Origin: Thermoplasmatota archaeon
GTDB lineage: Archaea > Thermoplasmatota > JAKEGO01
Assembly (NCBI GenBank): GCA_028279595.1
Contig: JANQNK010000020.1
Coordinates: 224,001 to 288,000, forward strand
Direction: 5' to 3'
Length of the DNA: 64,000 bases
The notes under the pieces were generated by a model. That model saw only the letters and a program-made list of their open reading frames with translations, ran no database searches and was not told the DNA's origin. Position numbers and translations under genes: made by a program. Position 1 is the stretch's first letter. Each line of letters starts with the position of its first letter. Positions 15,001 through 25,500 of the stretch are shown here, piece after piece.

Positions 15001-16580
15001 GATCACGAAGACCGGACCATCCTCCGCAGTGGTCGGTGAGACCATAGAATACGAGATCACCATCGAGAACACTGGCGAGGTTAGCCTCGACATCACATAC
15101 CTCGACGACACGCTCCTCGGCGACCTGCTTGGTGAGCTGACATCGACAACGATAGCCTCTGGCGCCACAGTGACGATATATGTGGACTATCTCGTTACCG
15201 ACGAGTACGACCCGATCGAGAACACCGTCACCGTAAAGGCATGGAACCAGTACGACAGCGACCCGGTCGAGGACTCGGATGACCATTCGTGCAACCTACT
15301 CCGGACCGGAGTGAGCATAACCAAGGCCGGCGGACCGGACGAGGCATCGGTCGGCGAGGACATCACCTACACCATCACGGTGACCAACACCGGAGAGGTG
15401 GACCTCCACATCACGTACCTCTGGGACAGCCTCCTGGGGGATCTGAGCGGCTACATCACCGGAGATGTGATCACGGTCGGCGAGGGCTATGAGACCATCA
15501 CATACGATTACACCGTACAGAGCGGCGACCCCGACCCCCTCATCAATGAGGTGACCGTCATCGGCGAGAACTCGGAGGGCGGCGACGAAGTGACGGACTC
15601 CGCGGAACACTCCGTGGACCTGCTCCTGATCGGCGTCATCATCGAGAAGACCGGACCCGCTACAGCCGAGGTCTGGGAGTGGATCACGTACACCATTACA
15701 GTATACAACACTGGTGACGTGGACCTCTACATCGATGAGCTAGACGACGACATCATCGGCGACCTCAGCGGCAAGATCAGCGACGGCGTGATCACCGTCG
15801 CAGAGGGCTCGGAGACCTTCAGCTACCTTTACAAGACGACTGATGTGTATGATCCTATCTTGAATACGGTGACCGTGGTTGGAACGAACGAGTACGACGA
15901 TGATGAAGTGACGGAATCGGACAGTCACTCCGTCGACCTGCTCAGGACGGGAATCGAGATCGAGAAGACCGGACCGGAGACCGCAATGGTGGGTGAGGAG
16001 ATCACCTACACCATAACCATCAGGAACACCGGAGAGGTCGATTACTACGTCACGAACCTCGTGGACGCCATCTATGGAAATATGATCAGCGAGGTCGATA
16101 GCCCGATCGTTGTGGGCGACACTGTGTCCTTCACCTACGATCACACCGTGACCGATGCTTACGATCCGCTCCCGAACGCGATCAACATCAACGGACAGAA
16201 CCAGTTCGGTTCTGACTGGATCAGCGACTCCGACGGACACTCGGTGGACATCTACCGCACCGGCGTCTCGATAACCAAGACCGGACCGACGGAGGCACAG
16301 GTCGGCGACACCATCACGTACACCATCAAGGTGACGAACGAGGGCGAGGTCGATCTGTACATCTACGAGCTCGAGGACACCATACTGGGCGACCTGAGCG
16401 GAGAGATCAGCGGCGGCGTGATAACGACGACCGAGGGCTACGAGGAGTTCACGTACGACCACGTGGTCAGCGTGGACGACGACGACCCGCTGCTGAACGA
16501 GATCACCGTCAAGGGATGGAACATCCACGACGGGGACATCGTGACCGATTCCGCCGAGCACAGCGTGAACATCGTATATG
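1..16580 (+). repeat. 52 type-A intragenic repeats of about 104-111 aa (DUF11/DUF7507-like)
   Basis: Counted by eye from the recurring K-[TSED]-G-P motif at about 315-330 nt spacing. Confidence 0.85.
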
Positions 16581-19500
16581 TGAAGGGAACGCTGTACGTC
16601 GAGAAGACCGGGCCCGCTACCGCTTACCATGGCGATGAGGTAACCTACACGATATACGTGACCTACGACAGCTCCGACGACTCGCCCGCCCAGAACGTGG
16701 AGGTTGTGGACGATCTCTACGGCACAGCGACATACGTGAGCGGCGACACCGACGGCGACGGATACCTCGATACCGACGAGACCTGGGAGTACGAGGTCAC
16801 TGGAACCATCCCAGACCACTCCGAACCCGAGACCGATCCGATCGTGAACACCGCGACGGCGACCGGTGAGAACCTCGACGGCGACGACGTCACACCCGGT
16901 GAGGGAAGCCACAGCACCGACATCCTCCACACGGAGGGAGAGTTCACGATCGTGAAGGACGGTCCGGCTACCGCCTACCACGGCGATAGCGTGACCTACA
17001 CCTTCACGGTGACATACTCGAGCGATGACGGCTCCCCGGCCGACGGCGGCTATGTATGGGACGACCACTATGGCTATGCAACGTATGTGAGCGGTGACAC
17101 CGACAGTGATACCGATATGGACGTCGATGAGACCTGGATATTCGAGGTGACGGGAACCATCCATTCGACATACTACGATGGCGAGGAGAACCCGATACAC
17201 AACACGGTCGAGGTCGACGGATACGACCTGGATGGCGACTGGTGTGGCCCTGCATACGACGACCACTACACTACGATCCTCCACGAGGAAGGAACACTGT
17301 ACGTGGACAAGCAGGGGCCGACGGTGGCCTACTTCGGCGATTCGATGACCTTCAATTTCTACGTGACCTACGAGAGCGATGACGACTCCCCGGCAGACAA
17401 CATTGTCGTCTGGGACGATCACTATGGAGCTCCGACCTACGTCTCTGGCGACACCAACGGCGACGGATATCTCGACACCGATGAGACGTGGCTGTACACA
17501 AGGACTGTCTACCTCACGTCGTACTACTACGACTCGCATGAGGACCCGATCATCAACACCGTTGAGGTCACCGGCACGGACCTGGATGGTGACACCGTGA
17601 CACCCGGCGAGGACAGTCACCAGACCGACATCCTGCACCGGGAGGGCGAGTTCACGATCGTGAAGGACGGGCCCGCGACGGCCTATCATGGCGATTCCGT
17701 CACATACACGTTCGAGGTGACATACTCGAGTTCGGACCATTCCCCGGCCCAGTACGTACAGGTCTACGATGACCACTACGGATACGCAACCTACGTGAGC
17801 GGCGACACCGACGGAGACGGGAAGCTGGACTACTCCGAGACCTGGACCTACAAGGTGACCGGTACGATCGGCGCTCACTACGATGGTGAGGAGGACCCGA
17901 TCGTCAACGAGGTCATGGTCTGGGGTTACGACCTCGATGATGACTTCGTGGGATATGCCTACGATGATCACTCCACCGATATCCTGCACACCGCCGGAAC
18001 ACTCTACGTGGAGAAGACCGGACCTGCGACCGCCTACCACGGACAGACCGTGACATACTGGTTCTATGTGACCTACGAGAGTGATGACAATTCACCGGCC
18101 GACGACGTCACTGTCGACGACAACAAGTACGGAACCGCGACATACTACGGCGGCGACACCGACGGCGATGGACTTCTCGACACTGATGAGACCTGGGTGT
18201 TCTACGTTATCGTTACCATCGGCGACCACGAGGACGACGAGGAAGACCCGATCGTCAATACCGGAAAAGCGACCGGCATCGACCTTGACGGCGATGCAGT
18301 GACGCCTGGCGAGGACACTCACGAGACCGACATCCTCCACTACGAGGGCGAGTTCTGCATCTTCAAGACCGGACCCGCGACCGCCTATCATGGCGACGAT
18401 GTGACCTACACGATAACCGTCAAGTACAAGAGCGACGACGACTCCCCGGCCCAGTATGTCGAGGTGGTCGACAGCATCTACGGCGATGCGGACTACGTCA
18501 GCGGCGACACCGACTTCGACGACCTCCTGGACGTCGACGAGACCTGGACCTTCACGGTCTCCGGAACGATACCGGATTACTCCGAACCCGAGACCGACCC
18601 GATCATCAACACGGCCAAGGTGACCGGCAAGGACCTGGACGACGACGTGATCGAGCCGGCCGAGGACACCCACAGCACCGACATCCTCCACAGGGAGGGA
18701 AGGCTGACCGTGGAGAAGGACGGACCCGAGACCGCGTATCACGGCGATGAAGTAACATACACGTTCGAGGTGACATACTCGAGCACTGACGGATCCCCGG
18801 CGGACGATGTCGAGGTGACGGATGATGTATACGGAGATGCGACCTACGTCAGCGGCGACACCGACGGCGATGGCCTGCTGGACGTCGACGAGACCTGGGT
18901 CTTCGAGGTGACGGGATACATCAGCTCCACCCACAGCGATGACGAGGAGAACCCGATCGTGAACACCGGAACCGCCACAGGTATCGACCTGGACGGAGAC
19001 GCGGTCACACCGGGCAAGGACTCCCACGAGACCGAGATCCTCCACCGCGAGGGCGAGCTGACCATCGTGAAGGATGGACCGACCTCGGCATACCACGGCG
19101 ATTACGTCACATTCACGTTCGAGGTAACATACTCGAGCGCGGACGACTCGCCCGCCGACGACGTCAAGGTCTACGACGACATCTTCGGATACGCCGACTA
19201 CGTCAGCGGAGACACCGATGACGACGGATTGCTGGACGTCGACGAGACATGGGAGTTCGAGGTCAGCGGTTACATCGGCCTCCACGATGACGACGAGGAC
19301 GATCCGATGGTCAACACCGCCGAGGCGACAGGAATCGATCTGGACGGCCAGGACGTTACACCCGGCGAGGACAGCCACGAGACCGACCTCCTCCATCGGG
19401 CGGGCACCCTGTACGTGGACAAGACCGGACCGGCGACCGCCTACCACGGCGATGACGTGACATACCTGATATACGTGACATATGACAGCAGCGATGACTC

Positions 19501-22500
19501 GCCCGCAACGGAAGTGGAGGTCACGGACGACGTCTACGGAACCGCTACCTACGTTTCCGGCGACACTGATGACGACGACCGACTTGACGAGGGAGAGACC
19601 TGGGTGTTCAAGGTCACCGGTACGATACCTGACTACTCCGAACCCGAGACCGACCCGATCGTGAACACCGCGACGGCCACTGGCGAGGACCTTGACGGGG
19701 ATGATGTCACACCGGGCGATGATACCCATAGAACGGACATCCTCCACACGGAAGGTACACTCTATGTCGAGAAGACCGGACCGGCTCAGGTTTACCACGG
19801 AGATACCGTGGCCTACTGGTTCTACGTGACCTACTCCAGCACCGACGGCTCACCAGCTGACGATGTCGCAGTGGACGACGACAAGTACGGCTCAGCGACA
19901 TACTACGGCGGCGACACCGACGGCGACGGTCTGCTCGACACGGACGAGACATGGTTGTTCTACATCACCGTGACCATCGGCGATTACGAGGATGACGAGG
20001 AGGACCCGATCATCAATATCGGCATGGCGACCGGCGTGGACCTCGACGGCGACGCGGTCGAACCCGGCTACGGCCGTCACTCCACCGACATACTGCACCG
20101 CGAGGGCACGCTGTATGTCGAGAAGTGCGGACCGGCGACGGCCTACCACGGCGACGACGTCAGGTACACGATCAAGGTGACCTACGAGAGCGACGACAAC
20201 TCACCGGCGGACAATGTTGAGGTCATAGACAGCATCTATGGTGACGCGACCTACGTGAGCGGCGACACGGACAGCGACGGACTGCTGGACGTCGATGAGA
20301 CCTGGACCTACTACGTCGATGGCACGATCGGCGCACACGACGACGATGAGGATGACCCGATCATCAACACCGCCAAGGCGACCGGTACGGACCTTGACGA
20401 GGATCCGGTGACTCCGGGCACGGACGACCACAGCACCGACATCCTGCACACCGAGGGCACGCTATACGTGGAGAAGACCGGACCAGCCGAGGCATATCAC
20501 GGCCAGACCGTGACCTACTGGTTCTACGTGACCTACTCCAGCGATGACGGCTCTCCGGCAGATGATGTCGCAGTGGACGACGACAAGTACGGCCCCGCGA
20601 CCTACTACTACGGCGACACCGACGGCGATGGCCTGCTCGACCCCGGCGAGACCTGGGTGTTCTACATCATCGTGACCATCGGCCCATACTCCGACACCGC
20701 GGAGGACCCGATCACCAACACGGGCAAGGCGACCGGCGTAGACCTGGACGGCGATGAGGTCGAGCCTGGCTACGGCCGTCACACCACCGATATCCTCCAT
20801 TGGGATGGAATCCTATCGGTCGAGAAGTACGGCACAGAAGAGGCCTACCACGGCGACACCGTGACATACTACTTCGATGTGACCTACGAGAGCGACGACG
20901 ACTCACCTGCTCAGTCCATAAGTGTCGTGGACGACCTCTACGGATCGGCAACATACGTCAGCGGCGACACCGACAGCGACAGCCGGTTGGACGTCGGCGA
21001 GACCTGGAAATACACTGTCTCCGGGACCATCGGAGCCCACGATGACGACGAGGAGGACCCATTGGTCAACACCGTCACCGTGACGGGCGAGGACCTTGAC
21101 GGCGACACCGTGACACCTGGCGAGGACTCTCACGAGACCGACATCCTGCACAGGGAGGGAGAGCTCTCGGTCAGGAAGGACGGACCTGCTTCCGTGTACC
21201 ACGGCACGACCGCCACCTACACGATCTACGTGACCTACTCGAGCGATGACAACTCCCCGGCCCAGAACGTTGCGGTCGTGGACGACCTGTACGGAACCGC
21301 TACCTACGTGAGCGGAGACACCGACACCGACGATCTGCTCGATGTGACCGAGACGTGGAGATACACGGTCTCCGGAACCATCGGAGCCCACGACGACGAC
21401 GAGGATAATCCGATCAGGAACACCGCGACGGCCACAGGCGAGGACCTGGACGGCGACGAGGTCACACCGGGCGAAGGATTCCACGACACCACGATCCTCC
21501 ACAGGGAAGGTACCCTCTACGTCGAGAAGAGCGGACCGGCAACGGCTTATCACGGCGACGAGGTGACCTACACCTTCGAGGTGACCTATGAGAGCGCAGA
21601 CGACTCGCCTGCCGTGGACATCACCGTCCTCGATGACGAGTTCGGATACGCCGACTACGTCAGCGGCGACACCGATGGCGACGATCGGCTGGACGTCACC
21701 GAGACGTGGACCTACGAGATCACCACGACGATCGGCATATACGTGGACGGCGAGGAGGACCCGTTGGTCAACCGCGTCGAAGTGAACGGATACGACCTCG
21801 ATGGCGACGAGGTGACCCCGGGCGAGGACGAGCACGAGACGGACTTACTGTACTACGTCGGCAAGTTCTGCATCGACAAGGACGGACCGGACGAGGCCTA
21901 TCACGGGGACACAGTGACCTACACCATCACCGTCAAGTACAAGAGCGACGACGACTCACCGGCGAAGAACGTCGAGGTCGTCGACGACATCTACGGAACA
22001 GCTACATACATCAGCGGTGACACCGATGGCGACGGCCTGCTGGACGTGACCGAGACCTGGAAGTTCGAGGTCGAGGGAGAGATAGGCGATTACGAGGAAC
22101 CCGAGGACGACCCGATCGTAAACACCGCAACTGTGACCGGCCAGGACCTGGACGACGATGACATCCCATCCAGTTCGGACTCGCACAGCACCGACATCCT
22201 GCATCGCGCAGGAGTACTGACCGTTGTGAAGAGCGGTCCCGCGACGGCATACCACGGCGATGACGTGACCTACTACTTCGAGGTGACCTACTCCAGCGAT
22301 GACGACTCACCCGCTCAGAACGTACAGGTCACCGACGACCTCTACGGGAGCGCTTCCTACGTGAGCGGCGACACTGACGGCGATAATCTGCTGGATGTCG
22401 ACGAGACGTGGGTGTTCAAGGTCGAGGGAACGATCGGCGATTACGTCGATGGAGCGGATGATCCCATCGTGAACACCGGAACAGCAACAGGCGATGACCT

Positions 22501-25500
22501 GGACGGCGATACCGTCACGCCTGGCTCCGACGATCACGAGACCGACATCCTCCATCGGGAGGGCAAGCTCACGATCGTGAAGGACGGTCCGGATACCGCC
22601 TACCACGGCGACGATGTGACCTACACCTTCGAGGTGACCTACACCAGCGACGACGACTCCCCGGCAAAGGACGTGACGGTCGTGGACGACACCTTCGGTA
22701 CAGCTTCCTACGTGAGCGGCGATACCGACTCCGACGGACTGCTCGACACCGATGAGACCTGGACCTTCGAGGTCGAGGGAACCATCGACGACCATGAGGA
22801 CGACGAGGAGGACCCGCTTGTCAACGAGGCCACCGCATCCGGTCAAGACCTGGATGGCGACGACGTGACACCCGATACCGACGACCACAGCACCGACATA
22901 CTCCACAGGGAGGGAAGGCTGACGGTCGAGAAGTCCGGACCTGCCACCGCCTACCACGGCGATTCCGTGACCTACACGTTCGAGGTGACCTACTACAGCA
23001 CCGACGGCTCACCGGCCGACAACGTTCTGGTAATCGACGACACCTATGGCTCCGCGACCTACGACAGCGGGGATACCGACGGCGACGATCTGCTCGATGT
23101 CGGTGAGACCTGGATATTCAAGGTCACAGGGACCATCGGCGCACACGTCGACGGCGAGGAAGACCCGATCGTGAACACGGTCACCGTGACCGGCGAGGAC
23201 CTGGACGGCGACGCCGCCACATCCGACACCGACACCCATTCGACCGACATCCTCCACCGTGAGGGCGAGTTGACCGTCGTGAAGTCCGGCCCAGAGGAGG
23301 CCTACCACGGCGACGACGTCGAGTACACGATCGAGGTGACATACTCGAGCGATGACGACTCGCCCGCCGACAACGTGGAGGTCACCGACGACGTCTACGG
23401 CGACGGCACATACGTGAGCGGCGACACCGACGGCGACGGATTGCTCGACGTCGATGAGACCTGGAAGTTCACCGTCAGCGGTACTATACCGGACCACGAG
23501 GACGACGATGACGAAGAGATCGTGAACACGGCAACGGCGACAGGCGAGGACCTCGACGGCGACACCGTCACCCCGGGCAGCGACGAACACACCACCGAGA
23601 TCCTCCACACCGCCGGCGAGCTGACGGTGACCAAGACCGGACCATCGAGCGCGTACCACGGCGATGATGTCGAGTACACCATCAAGGTGAGCTACTTCAG
23701 CTCCGATGGATCGCCAGCCCAGAACGTGTTCGTCGAGGACGACAAGTACGGCGTGGCGACCTACGTCAGTGGTGACACCGACGGCGACGGCTACCTAGAC
23801 ACCGACGAGATCTGGACCTATACGGTCAGCGGCACCATCGGCGATTACGAAGATGATGAGGAAGACCCGATCATCAACACCGTCGAGGCCACCGGATACG
23901 ACTTAGACGGCGACGAGGTCGATCCAGGAACCGCGACCCACAGTACCGACATACTCCACTACGCTGGCGAATTGACCGTGGTAAAGAGCGGTCCGGCCGA
24001 GGCACACGATGGCGACCAGGTGACATACACGATAGAGGTGACCTACTCGAGCGACGACAACTCCCCCGCCCAGAGCATACTGGTAGTTGACGACATCTAC
24101 GGATCCGCTTCATACGTGAGCGGTGACACCGACGGCGACTATCTGCTCGACACGGATGAGACATGGACCTACTCGATCACCGAGTACATCGATGAGGCGG
24201 AGGACGATCCGATCGTGAACACGGCTACCGCCACGGGTTACGACCTGGATGGCGACTCGGTCACACCAGGCGAGGGCGAGCACTCGACGGACATACTGCA
24301 TCCGGATATCACCGTGACCAAGAGCGGTCCCGAGGAGGCCCACGAGGGCGACACGGTAACCTACACGATCAGCGTGGAGAACACGGGCGATTGCACGCTC
24401 TACGATGTGACGGTGACCGATGACGTCCTCGGCGATCTGACCTCCTACCTGACCGACACGACGCTCGACGTCGGCGAGACCGACACCTTCACGGTGACGT
24501 ACACGGTACCCACATCCAGCTGGACCACTGACGAACTGATCACCAACGGCGGATTCGAGACCCCTGTCGGGACGGACTCGGCGGGCTGGGACATCTTCCC
24601 GGACGGCACGACCGGTCTCGGCTGGTCGGTCGATTGGTACTCCACAGATACCACCTACGGCGGCGGTACCAGGCCCGAGACGGCCAACCTCGAACTCCAG
24701 TGGGGAGTGACCGGTTGGGATCCCGCCGAGGGAGACCAGTACGCCGAGCTCGACGCCGATTGGGACGGACCGGACGGAAGCCTGTCCGGGGAACCCGCAT
24801 CTGTGAGCATATACCAGGATGTCGACACCGACGACGGAGAGACCTACAGGTTGACCTTCGCCTTCTCCCCGAGGCCGGGACAGGACGAGACCCAGAATGT
24901 CCTTCTCATCCACTGGGGAGACACACTGGTCGACACGATCGAACTGGACGGCTCCTCGAACTCGGATTGTGAGTGGTACTACTACTCCTACGATCTCGTC
25001 GCAAGCGATGATACCATGGAGATAAGATTCTCCGACGGCGGCGATTCCGATTCCCTCGGAACGTTCCTCGACGACGTGAGCCTGCGCACCATGGACTACC
25101 TCACGAACACCGTTACAGTGACCGGAGAGGACAACCTCGACGAGGAGGTCACTGACAGCGACTCCCACGATCTCGACGTACTCCACCCGGAGATAGATGT
25201 AGTGAAGGTCGGACCGTCGGAGGCCCATGAGGGTGACACAATAACATACACCTTCACCGTCTCGAACCTCGGCGACTGCCCGCTCTACGACGTGACCGTC
25301 GAGGACGACATACTCGGAGACCTGATCGGCTACATGACGGACGACACGCTCTCCGAGGGCGAATCCGAGACCTTCGACGTCGAATACACCATACCCGACG
25401 GTACACAATCCGTCGTGAACACCGTGGACGTCGAGGGTACCGACAACCTCGGAGAGACCGTCTCCGACAGCGCAACACACGACATCCCGATACCGCTGAT

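Noticed and set aside
1-24300. Periodic DNA repeats as a CRISPR array, a DGR template/variable pair or a mobile element
   Set aside because: The repeats are in-frame protein domains of 315-351 nt with synonymous divergence. There are no spacers, cas genes, reverse transcriptase or transposase, and I noticed no adenine-specific mismatch pattern in the duplicated block.
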